A stretch of DNA of 62,954 nucleotides, counting the filler, from Catajapyx aquilonaris (taxonomy: Eukaryota): the NCBI GenBank assembly GCA_000934665.2. It is 3 parts of 3 records of this genome, joined end to end, with 100 filler letters (N's around TTAATTAATTAA, not from the genome) between each part and the next. Parts side by side here need not be neighbours in the genome. Positions count along the whole stretch, not along the records: positions 21,682 to 42,311 come from JYFJ02006230.1; 2 more parts are not named here. One strand, 5' to 3'. Numbering within the stretch: position 1 is the stretch's first letter; every line of letters begins with the position of its first letter. A program made the position numbers and the translations under genes. This document shows, piece after piece, positions 24,155 through 35,600 of this stretch. Under the pieces are notes generated by a model, which ran no database searches, was not told where the DNA came from, and saw only the letters and a list, made by a program, of their open reading frames with translations.

Positions 24155-25355
24155 TACTCCCAAACCCTTGCACGGTTGCAATTTACAGCTCTACCACTTT
24201 TTTTTTAAGTTCATCATATTCTGATTCCTACTACAACACTGCATATCACGTTTCAGCCAAATTGCGAAATACCGTGGAGAGGGAAAAACTAGCGAAATTA
24301 TGAAAATTGGGTCTTTTTTGGATATTTTTTTTTGATAATTTTTTTCGGTTATTGGAAGTGGTTTTCCCTTGTAGTGGGAAAACATTTCCGCCGACCTTTT
24401 ATGGCCCAGGCTAGATATTTGCCGATTGACAGGGTCCTACAGCCAGTGCACGGAGCCTCGAGTGAACCAAGCAGGCTCCGTGATGCATGCTGGGCCTACC
24501 AGTCTGGGCAGGGGGGGTCAAAGTCCAGGCGCCCTGGGGCCTGAATTCTTCGCACCCACCCCGACCCAAGGTGATAAAAGTGAGGAACAGAAAGAGTTGA
24601 CCCCCTGAAGAAGCCACGCCTCTGTAGGAGGGACAAAGGTTCCCTTCTTGGTTCGGCGTAGTCGCGCCAGAGGGAAACTAATCTCAACACTTCCCTGGTC
24701 CATCAGAGGTCACGGCAAAGGACTTGTCACATGCTCTCAGTTATTAGCTCTTGATGTTACTAGTCCAGCGAGCTGCCGTCAGCGTATTCCTTGAGCCAAA
24801 AGAAGTCGAAAATGTAGGGGGGAGAAATGTCGAGGGAGCAACCTTTAATATGACCTTGACCAGAAACATTGGTCAGTGGTTGCCGAAGGAGCAGGACCCC
24901 GTCCTGTCACTCATGAAACCCATAGGAAGGCTAACCGCCCGCTTCATCTGCAACATTTGCACCATGGTCCATTGTAAATCTAGCACTGTGGGGCGCCTCT
25001 TTCCTTGACTCAAAACTAGGAGGACCAATTTTGCTTTATTATTATTAATTATCCCTGCTAAATCACGTCTATACACGCACACTCTCATGGAAGATCACAC
25101 AAGAATGCATCACTTTTTTGGCCTCTGACTCCATAGTTTACAGTTGACCGATTCCATTTCCGATCAGGCCAGATCCAGAAAAGTTGTCGCTTGGTCTCCG
25201 ATTATTACGGATAAATTACACGAAGTACCGCTGTCGAAATGAGGAAGAATGACACTGGCTATTTTTCAGTGTCATTTATTATTTGCCCAGAAAAAATTGA
25301 TAACCGCAGAGGTACCAAATCTGCTGTTCTCGAAGTTCATTTTTTCTCAACTTTG

Positions 25356-25671
25356 GACGCGTGTACCAATATTTGGAATATAGTGACTTCCTACGTAGGT
25401 CTGAATTTTCAATATAAAAAAATTGCGCATGTATAATTAGCAAATTGTACTGAAAGTCTATATGTTTCATTTGCCTACAAATATTTGTTTGCAGATGAAA
25501 AAATTGCGAAAATTGCTAAAATGTCGTAAAACAGCATTTTTGCCAATTTTTACGCCGTTGCTAATTGTACATTCGCAATTATTTTATATTGAAAATTCAG
25601 ACCTTACATAGGAAGTTACTCTATTCCAAATTGGGTTTTGCGTAACTTATAGGAAAATTGGTACACGCGTC
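25356..25671. mobile_element. Foldback repeat / MITE
   Basis: gacgcgtgtaccaat..ggtctgaattttcaatataaaa / ttttatattgaaaattcagacc..attggtacacgcgtc. Confidence 0.6.
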
Positions 25672-26686
25672 AGTAGGGTATACGTAATAGCGGCTTTACC
25701 AACAGATATTACCTATAACACGCTTATCTAATCATGACCTTTGCCCTTATCAGCTGACCTCTGACCCCGACTAATTGGTGGCACGCGCCAGGGCTCGTGG
25801 CTTATCAGTAGAGCTCTGAAAAAAACCGCCACAGCATCAGGAGGAGGCCCCCACAGGGCCTGTGGCCACCCACTCCTCCCCCTCCACTCACCTGGCCAGG
25901 TGACACCTTGACTAATTAGGCAAGCACCATAGAGCATTGCGGCCAGCCCTACGTCACCAGGACACCCCACAGGGTCCAAGGTGACGCCCCCTCCCCCTAC
26001 CTGGCCACCCCCTCCACCTTCTGAGCTAAAAAAAAAGGGGGTTCCCGCTGACCGGGGCTAGAACGGAGGGACTCTGGACTTCAGAGTCCAGCGCCATAGA
26101 CCCCGTGGCCAGCACCCCCCTTGGTTGGGGGAAGATGTGTTGGACCCCGTATACACAGGCCTCGCTGTGACGTAGTAGGCGTGGGAGGGGGCTGTTTGGA
26201 GGGGAGGGGCGGCAACCATGGCTGGCTGCCTGGCTGGATGGAGCTGAATATTTCCCACAATATCTCTTGCTGGTCGTATCTCTCTTGGGGGAGATAGGAA
26301 AATGTCACAGAGGTCGCCCGCCAAGGAAACAGTGCAGGCTTTTAGGAGCATTTAAAAAGTACATGTAGAAAAAAACTATGCTGTGGGGGTGGTGCTGGTG
26401 TGGGATTGTGTATGGCGGGAAAAGCAGCCATCTTGGAGTGGGTGGTTGGGAGGTTATAGCTTGTTTACATTTTTATAGTCCGCGTCACATGCAGGATCTG
26501 CTGGAGAGCGCAAAAATGAGGAAGATATGCGACCGCATATAAAAAATCAGAGGCGCCATTTTGTCGCATTTTGTGCAGAGTATATACGCGTACCCGCCGA
26601 CTCGCTTTATGTAAGGCCAAACAATGGCAGCTTAAGGAGGAGGGAACATGTTAAACAAGTTGATTGATAAGTTACCTGTGGAGCTA

Positions 26687-26776
26687 CACTCTAAGAAATG
26701 TCCGGGTTAAATAACCATGACAAAAGTGATCTTTTTTCCGGGATAAATATATTTAACACGGACATTTCTTAGAGTG
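26687..26776. mobile_element. 90-bp CACTA/EnSpm-like MITE inside the Helitron Rep
   Basis: TA-CACTCTAAGAAATGTCCG ... CGGACATTTCTTAGAGTG-TA; removing it restores the Rep reading ELLTKG. Confidence 0.7.
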
Positions 26777-27061
26777 TACTGACTAAGGGGAAGGGGTTCG
26801 GAGCCAGCACCTGTCATAATGTGTTCCATATAGAATGGCAAGAGAGAGGTCTTCCGCATGTGTACATTTTGTTGTGGCTGGAAACTTCGATTACTCCCGA
26901 CCAAATTGAATCTTTCATGTCTGCCGAATTTCCAGACCCAGCAGACACAGATCATGTCCTCCATGACACCATTAAAAAGAACAGTCATGATTCACGGTCA
27001 CCGTGGTAAACTCAACCCGAACTCTCCCTGCATGAAGAAAGAGAAATGCACAAAGAGGTGT

Positions 27062-28420
27062 TAGTCCAGTCAAGTTAGGTTTTAACCTGGAAATTTGAGA
27101 TAGAAAGCTAATTTTTGGTACAGTTGTCCTTCATGATGATCTCAAACAGTGTGTAAAAGTCCCTGAGTGTCCGACGCTTGCTTCGTCCGGGACAACGCAA
27201 AAAGTACCTATGTGACACTAGTGCAGGAAAGATGCGATAAAATGCCCCACAACCCCCAAATAAACTGCAATGGAAATGAACTTTTCACCATTTGTTCAGA
27301 AAATTGTGGAGAATAACATATCCAAAGTTCACAGCGATTGGTGGGGGGTAACCCGCCGCCATCTTGGAAAATGGCGGCGAAAAGGGGGTGTTTGGTTTTA
27401 GAATTTATCTCGTGAATGACTGCATGTATGTGGATTTATGTAGCATACAAAATGAAAGATCCCACTAGTTCGCACATATTCAGTCCCTATAACTATTTTG
27501 TAGAGGGAATATCTACAAAGTTATCGCCGATTGTATTGACGCCACATAACCACTCTATATACGGGGATATTATGCACATGTGCTGTTTCTTCATATTGAA
27601 CTGTAGAGTGTAGGTCAGAGTTCATGCACTCTGACCTACACTCTACAGTTCAATATGATGAACCTGTATCTGTATCTTTTGCAGGCCGATGAATGGTCCA
27701 AGCACTGGCATCCATTACCCGTCACCTCCACTCCAAGCAGAAATCCTGAGCCTCCTGCGTCTATTGCCTCAGAAACGTATGAAACAGTTACATTTTCATT
27801 GAAATTATATCAGTTCGTCTAAATCCGTCCATGGGTACTTTTCTTACCTATACCTTTGTACGTCTCAGGGTATATAGTCCAGGACGCTGGGCGAGTTCAT
27901 TCTTCACTCTGTATATATGTCACTTAATTTTCGTTGCATTAAGCATCGACATGCATCGTTTAGCTCAGAAACCGTCAACGCAGAACAACATACCGAGCTG
28001 TTCGAGGCATAGTATATCCTCAAAGGCGACCAATGTTCCGGTGTAAAGCCATCGGGTATCAATTTCGCAACATTATCTCCGCAAATTACTGCCAGTGTGC
28101 CGCGAGCCTGCGACTACTACTGCCATCAAATTGCATTCTGATAGTTTACGTGTGTATAGTATTCCTTTCCACACATTCGAGCCTCCGCGGACGTCTATGC
28201 GACGGTCTGATGGAAGGTTATAGTGATATATGAAACTGTCGAGTACTAAGTAGCCGTCTCATAGGTACTTTATGCGTTGTCCCGGACGAAGCAATCGTCG
28301 GACACTCTGGGACTTTTACGCACTGTTTGAGAACATAATGAAGGACAACTGGACCAAAAATTAGCTTTCTATCTCAAATTTCCACCTTTAGCTGTTTTTC
28401 AGTCTAGATTAACTGGGCTA
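27062..28420. mobile_element. TIR element with TAG...CTA ends (Academ-like) splitting the Helitron
   Basis: TAGTCCAGT / ACTGGGCTA termini; ~150-bp TIRs (ggaaatttgagatagaaagctaatttttggt..cttcgtccgggacaacgca); Helitron coding sequence on both sides. Superfamily inferred from termini only. Confidence 0.6.
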
Positions 28421-29985
28421 TTTGTTACTGAGACATGCACAGGGCAGGATGGGTACCCCACATATCGGCGTCGTTCTACAGAGAATGGAGGGTTGTCAGT
28501 GTAGATAAAGTCCAGAGCAGGACTTCTCAATGTTGACAACAGTTTCGTAGTGCCCTATTACTGTCCGCTACCCCACCCTTCAGTTTCGAGTCAGAATGTT
28601 TACACTACTTCCATTGCCTGCATATTATGCAAGGGAATGAGCATATAATAATGCTTCGAAAGACCTCTATATAAATCTGAATGCTTCCCCCCCCCCCCCC
28701 NCCCCCCGTGCGAAGAACGGGTATTGCAGCTAGTTTATTCATAAATAAAAATGTTCTGGCATTGTCTGTCTGTCTAATGTGCTATGATAACAAAATCCCT
28801 GCATTCAAATATGCACAGAAAATTTCAGATTAATTTTGCAAGTTATGATAAGCAGTTTAAAATTCAGTGGTAGATTTTCTGTCATTAATCTCAATGCATT
28901 CTTTAGGTTTGTGTGGGCCCATCAGGTTCGTTATTAAAGTGTTAATGTCCTGCTTATAAGTAACAGATAGAAATATAGTGGCAGATAATTATTTTTACCA
29001 GACCCCACAGAAATTCAATGTCCAAGGTAGGTGTAATATTTATTTCAGTTGTTAACCCGTCAAATCAAACTTCAACTTGGCTGTCCTCCGAACTCCATTG
29101 TTATACATTACCGGTCCATAATAATTATCTTTCACCCTCTACAAAGAGCCTCTACAAAGCCTTCGTTTTCATGACGATACCGTCGGAACAACTGCAGCTA
29201 TAGTTATCAAGTCGCTCCGTTGCGAACATGTACATGAATTTGTACGAATTATCGTTAAAAATTAACATCGTCGCTAGGAATATGGTGGACAACGGCCAAT
29301 ATACGTAAATGAACGGAAATGGACACCAGCAGTATCTCACCTTCTTTGTGGAGACCAATCTTAAAATATATGGAAGTGGTCATTTTGTCACGCACATCGT
29401 ATATTTCATGAACATGTTGAGATCAAAGCAATGTTTCAAATGGAAGTTTTCGGGCCCAAGAGCAAAATGCAATGCAAAACCCTTGGCAAAACCTCATAAG
29501 CAGAACCGGACACAAATTACTTCCAAACAGAATTAAAATATTAATTTTTAGAGACATCAGGGTAAGCAGGAGTATATTACCTTAGTGAACATTGAAAAAT
29601 AAAATTAATTCGATCAAAATTTAACCGAGTTACAGCTGCTTTACACTGCTATGTGCGCAGGACTAGCAAGGCCGATGTCCACCATTCCTGATGACGACGT
29701 TGGACAAATTCCAAATTGTACTAAATAACCAGAAAATAAGGGAGGGGAGAGCGAACATGAACTGCTATGTCATTGGGCGCCACCAACCCACCAATGACAG
29801 CCGTTACGTCAACCATGACATAATTATTTGCGACACTTACTGTGCAATATAGAGTCAAAACAGAATCGCTGATACTCAAATTGCTGAACCACTCAAGATC
29901 GACAGACTTCGGCTGTTCTACATACAATCAGAGGCGCATTGTAGGTAGGTCAAGCTAGTAATCGCCAGTAATAATGACTATATAG

Positions 29986-30182
29986 GGGCCGAATTCAGAG
30001 AGGTTGCTTAACGTAAACGAGCCCGATTAAATCCTCGATTAGCAAATTTAAAAGTGCTAGCAAGTGCGATTAGCGCTAATCGCCGTCTATGTATTAGCAG
30101 GTTGGTTAAATTTGCTAATCGAGGATGACTAAAGGATTTAATCGGGCGCGTTTACGTTAAGCAACCTCTCTGAATTTGGCCC
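29986..30182. mobile_element. PIF/Harbinger MITE
   Basis: GGGCCGAATTCAGAGAGGTTGCTTAACGTAAACG ... CGTTTACGTTAAGCAACCTCTCTGAATTTGGCCC; 3-bp TSD TAG. Confidence 0.85.
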
Positions 30183-31379
30183 TAGGTTTACCTGCGGGAC
30201 TCAAAAATCGGCCTAACTGAAGGTATATAGGGGGTTCAGACACAGACAAAACTGGTGGACACTAACCCTCATCAAGAAGCCACACTCCGATCACAACCTT
30301 CTTGCTTTGTATCCCTGGTCGAACAGAGATCCTGCTTCAAGGAGTTATCTTTGCGTGTGTTTTTTTTTTGTTCTTCCCAATTCAATGTCCAAAAATCTGA
30401 GTCGTTCCCATATCGCACCCCCGATAACTCTTTGCTCTCCTAATAAATAACCAACCGAACTAACTGACGTGAAAAGTTACAAGCAAGATAATTATGTCAC
30501 ACAAAGCCGGCTACTGTATGGGGGGGATCACAACCTGTGACAAACGCCTACAGATGACAGTGTGCTTAATAATGTGGCAATGAAATATTCGGCAAGAGGG
30601 TTATGAAAGAACAAAAAATAACACATATTTATAGGCACAGCATTTACACTTTGGGATAATTTGCACATGTCTTCATATTCGGAAATTCGTGCATATGAAC
30701 GCATTCGAAAAAACTAATTTCACATGTAACAAAACCATTGCTGACCAATAAATATTACAAAATTAGTGATTACACTTTCACCCCATTAGAGGGAACTATG
30801 CCCTTTTAAAGGGGTGGAACACCACCATACTTTCCTTTTTTCTTGTAATTTTCTTCAATTCCGTACAGGCAGGTATATATAGGGAAGAGAGGACACATTG
30901 TTGCGCTGGTGGGGGTTATCGGTTGTGCCTTTTTTGTGATGAAGAAGTAGTAACTGGAATGCAGTTTATTAACTGCACAAATCCATATTCAAGTGACGCA
31001 TGCGTAGACGGGTCAAGCGGAATTTTCCAAACCGAAAGTAGCATTACAACCCTTTGTCGGACGTTGGAAATTCCGATGACTGGTAGAACTTAACAGAACG
31101 TATGAAAATGCCAATTATTCGCGATTTCTGGCTTTAAAATGCTGATGTTTTGACAGTCTGGATTATTAGTTGAAATCATACACTGCAGATGCTAAATGCA
31201 GGGCACTGTCCAATGCAGAGAGGCAGTTGCTTTAGTGGCCATAAAATGCAATACGATAATTTCATTGCCTTATTGAATTTTCTCTTGTTGTCCACTACAT
31301 ACAATAAAAACATTTTCCGCAAAAAAAACCCTTCTATTGTCATGTCTCTCTGAAGAAACCAGTTAGAGTTAGTAGACTA

Positions 31380-31957
31380 TAGGGTGTCTTTCCTAAAGTG
31401 TCATTTGGATAGCCCACTCTGGAAATGGTCAGCTGTCACATTACTACTGACAATTCTCACACACAAAAAAAGGCATAACCCCCACCAGCGCAGCATTGCA
31501 GAGTTCATGTTTGCCAAAGAGGCAGGAGTGTCAACAAAATAACGCTCAATTAGTACGATTACTAGATCCAACTTATTATCCCTAGTGTGAAATGATTCAA
31601 GGTCATATCCGGAAACCCCGTATTGCACAAGTTTCTTGGATTGAAAACGTCTTAATAATCACTAAAAAATAATCCCGGGGTTGAAGGGGTATGACCCCAT
31701 GTCGCCGCCTTGCAGTCCCCACCGATGAATCATTCCCATTTATCAGCGCCCCATATCGTCGCCTGTGAAACTGGCGGAACGTGATGTGTGCGTTGGATAG
31801 ATATTTTAACGCTATATGAGATGGTCATACACTGATGATTACGAGAATTTTAAAAAAAAAGTCAAGTCAAAAATTGGCGTTCTCTATAAGTAACGGATAC
31901 AGAGTTATCCCATTCAGCAAAAATTTGAACATGCCATTGTGTATTAGCAATGTGTAT
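31380..31957 (-). pseudogene. Highly decayed Tc1/mariner-like element (host of the Gypsy insertion; probably continues to ~38105)
   Basis: TAGGGTGTC terminus; minus-strand remnants LQPRDYFL (cf. DLNPLDFFL) and DTPASLANMNSAMLRWWGLCL; a palindrome spans the LTR insertion site. Confidence 0.4.
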
Positions 31958-32319
31958 TGTAGTGGCACTCCACCAAGGAAGGCACCACAAGGACAATCAC
32001 GGGGAAGGGAAGGGTTAACGAGGCGGGGGAAATGATAACACGGGAAAAATGGGCACACAATCTTATTCCAGAATATACACGTCTGTTGCTAGGAGGGACC
32101 CGGCTCTAACTGCCCTTTCTTTCTTTCTTCCTTCTTGACCCCTCCCTCCCCCTCCACCCCCAGCATCTCCATCTGTCCTTTCTTCCCAGTCTTCGGGTTT
32201 CTTGGAAAACTCCAGAAAGTGGGGCGTGGGAACAGGAGGGGGACCCGAGGAAGGAATGCGGGGGAGTAAGAGGACCTCCCCCACTCCGCCGAAGCGGGGG
32301 AGGAACCCAGAACACTACA
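31958..32319 (-). repeat. 3' LTR
   Basis: Matches 37615-37976 with no difference seen by eye; 7-bp inverted termini. Confidence 0.97.
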
Positions 32320-32332
32320 TCCCTCCCCCCTT
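32320..32332 (-). promoter_or_regulatory. Polypurine tract (PPT)
   Basis: AAGGGGGGAGGGA on minus, directly before the 3' LTR. Confidence 0.92.
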
Positions 32333-32498
32333 CAGCGGGACGAGAACCATCTCGTCCCACCAAGGCTCCATGAGGAACATCGTCACCTCCTCTTGGAACC
32401 GGACAGCCCTTTTCGGCCCCCCGGGGTATTGCAGGCGGTCCGGAGCTCTCCTCGCCCGAGCTGGCCGTAACACCCTCGTGGACGCCCACGCCGGCTCA

Positions 32499-32687
32499 GG
32501 CCCAGCGGCTGCTTCCCCTGGACCCTCTGGCCCTGCGGCTGCTTCCCCTGGACCCTCTGGCTCTGCGGCTGCTTCCCCTGGACCCTCTGGTTCTGTGGCT
32601 GCTTATCCTGGACCCTCTGGCTCTGCGGCTGCTTCCCCTGGACCCTCTGGCTCTGCGACTGCCCACCCTGGACCCTCTGGCTCGGCG
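32499..32687. repeat. 30-bp tandem repeat (6 full copies plus a partial) at the end of pol
   Basis: Unit ggctctgcggctgcttcccctggaccctct; encodes EAAAEPEGPG in the pol frame. Confidence 0.95.
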
Positions 32688-35600
32688 TCGGTCCTCTGCC
32701 CGGCATCCGTCTCAGGGGGCGGCCAGTCGACCGCTTGCTGTGACACATACCGCTTCAAGCGGTCGACATGGACCACACAGGCTGGCTTCCTCCCCCGGCG
32801 CCGTCCCTTTGGCACCAGAAGCTCCACCCTGTATGTCACCGGGCCCAGCTGCTTGCGGACCCGATACGGTCCCGTCCACGGCCGCCGCAGCTTCGGCGAC
32901 CGCCCAACCTGGCGTGCCGGATGGTACACCCACACCAGGTCGCCAACCAGGTAGGCCGGTGGCTCCGCCTGCCGCGCTGTCAGGACCGCCTTGTTGACCT
33001 CCTGCCGTCGCAACTTGGCAGCCCGCTTCTCCTTCCAGGCCGCCTCTTGCTCCCCCGTCTGCTCATCCTCGATGTCTCTCGGCAGCTCCAGGTCGACCGG
33101 AAGTACAGCCCGGCGCCCATACGCCAGCTCGTACGGAGACTTGGCGTCTCCGTCCGACGAGGTGTTGTAGGCCCACACTGCAGCGCCTACGTGCTGGTCC
33201 CAGTCGTCATCCGCGACCGACGAGGAGTACTTTGCCAAGGTGGCCTCCAGCGTCCGGTTGAAACGTTCCACGACCCCATTACTTTGAGGGTGGTAAGGCG
33301 CGGTCCTTATAGGCCGTACTCCCTCCTGCTGCAGCAGTTCCTCAAATACGTCCGCCACGAAATGGCTTCCCCGGTCACTGACCACCACCTCGGGGATGGC
33401 GTGGCGCCAGAAGATCCGCAGCTGGATGAAGGCCCGGGCTTCCTCCGCGGTCGCGGCTGCCGTAGCCCGAGCCTCCACATAGTTTGTCAGGTGGTCCACC
33501 GCCAACACGATGTACTTCCGCCCCCATACGCTCTTCGGGAAGGGGCCTAGGTAGTCCACGCCCCACTTCGCGAACGGTCGCTCCGGCACCTCCGGGGCAA
33601 CGTACTTCCCATGCGGCTTTCCTGGCGGTCTGTTCCGCTGTTGACACACGATGCATCCAGCAACGTAGTTGGACACGTCTTTCCTCATGTTGGGCCACCA
33701 TACCCTGGCCACTACCTTCTGCACTGTGCGTCTCACGCCTGCGTGCCCAGCCGCCGGCGCGTCGTGGCACGCTTCCAACATCCGGCGGCGCAATGCCGTG
33801 GGCATTACCAGGCGGTTCCTGGTCCTGTCTCCGTTTTTTACCAACCGGTACAGCAGCCCATCCCTCACGGCGAAGGAGTCCTCTCCCTCGCTCTTTTCTT
33901 CGGCCTGGTGGAACCACTTCTGGAACTCCGGCTCCTGCCTTTGCATGGCCGCGATCTCCGGCAGCGGGGCAAGCAGACAGAGTTCTCCGTCCTCGGCTGG
34001 AGAGACGGGGCACCTGGACAGCGCGTCGGCGTTCTGATGCTTCGATCCGGGCCGATGCACAACCTCGTAGTCGTACTCCTGCAGCTCCAGCGACCACCGT
34101 GCCAGCCTTCCTGCCAGCTCTTTTTTGGTGGTGAGCCAACGTAGTGCAGCATGGTCGGTCACCACCCGGAAAGGCCTCCCACAGAGGTACACCCGCCACT
34201 TACGGATACTCCACACCACCGCCAGACACTCCTTCTCGGTCGTGGAGTACCGGCTCTCAGGATCAGTCAGCGTACGGCTCAGATACGCCACCGCTTTCCA
34301 CTGCCCGTCCTCTTGCAGCTGACTCAACACAGCGCCAATCCCCACGTCGCAAGCATCCGTGTGGACCTCAGTCTCGGCCGTCGGTTGGTAATGAGCCAGT
34401 ACTGGGGACGTCACCAATGCCCCCTTTAGCGCCTGGAATGCCTGCTCCTCGGTGTCCCCCCAGCGCCATCCGGCTTTCTTCTTTAGCAGTGCTGTTAGAG
34501 GTCGCGCCAACTCCGCAAAGCCTTGGACAAAACGACGGTAGTACCCCACAATGCCGAGGAAGGATCTGACGTGCTTTACTTTGGTAGGAATCGGGAAACG
34601 GTCCACCGCCGCCGTCTTCTCAGGATCGGGCGCGACGCCTGCAGCCGAGATCCGGTGCCCCAAGTAGGTCGTAAAACTCTGGGCGAACGCACACTTTTTA
34701 AGGTTCAGCACCAGCCCCGCCTTCCTGATCGCCTCCAGGACTTGGGACAACCTCTGCTGGTGCTCCTCGAGGGTCGCCCCGTAAACCAGTACGTCGTCGA
34801 GGTACAGCAGACAAGCCGTCCACTTCAATGACCCTAGTACTCTGTCCATCAACCTGGTGAAGGTGGCTGGGGCATTACAGAGCCCAAACGGCATTCGATT
34901 GAATTCGTAGAGGCCGTCCGGCGTCCCGAAGGCTGTTTTGTGCCGATCCTCCTCTGCCACCTCTACCTGCCAATACCCAGACGTCAGGTCCAAGTTGGTG
35001 AAGTATTTCGCCCCTCCCAGGCGATCCAGCGCGTCATCGATTCTGGGCATGGGGTATTGGTCCTTTAGGGTTACCGCGTTGAGACGACGGTAATCCAGAC
35101 AGAACCGCCACTGCCCATTCTTCTTCCGGACGAGAAGTACAGGGGCACACCACGCGCTTTCGCTCTCCCGGATGACGTCCCCTTCGAGCATCTCGTCCAC
35201 CTGCCTCCGGATCTCTGCCCGACCCTCCGGGTGGACTCGTCGTGGCCTCTCCCTTACAGGAGGGTGGTCCCCCGTCCTGATCCGGTGCTGAACGACCCTG
35301 GTGTGGCCCAATCCCTCACCTTCTTTCTGGAAGCTGGATCCGAACTGGGCGATAAGACTCCGCACCTGCGTCGCCTCGTCCGCGGTTAGCTCGCTGCCAA
35401 CATGAAGGTCCTCTTCGAGTCCATGGAGGTTTAGGACTTCCACTCCATGCAAAGACCCTTCTGAGCAAGTCTCCCCATCTAGCAGTGCGACGACTTGGCC
35501 CTCTTCCCAGACCTCCACGCTGCTCACGGCCACTCCTGCCCGGAGGCGGACCGCTTCTTTAGACGCGTTGACAACCCAGACCGCAGCACGCCCTTCCTGG

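Larger units (their letters stand above)
26660..28733 (+). mobile_element. Decayed Helitron: Rep (HUH) fragments plus intact 3' end, interrupted by two insertions
   Basis: LLTKGKGFGA..IEWQERGLPHVYILLWL..SAEFPDP..MIHGHRGKLNPNSPCMKKEKCTKR up to ~27060, resuming at 28421 with FVTETCTGQDGYPTYRRRS..VDNSFVVPY; 3' hairpin CCCGT-N7-ACGGG (28705-28721) then CTAG|T at 28730-28733. The 5' end is not defined. Confidence 0.85.

Noticed and set aside
32499..32687. Regular 30-bp repeats as a CRISPR-like array
   Set aside because: They are head-to-tail with no unique spacers and lie in the pol reading frame of a eukaryotic retrotransposon.
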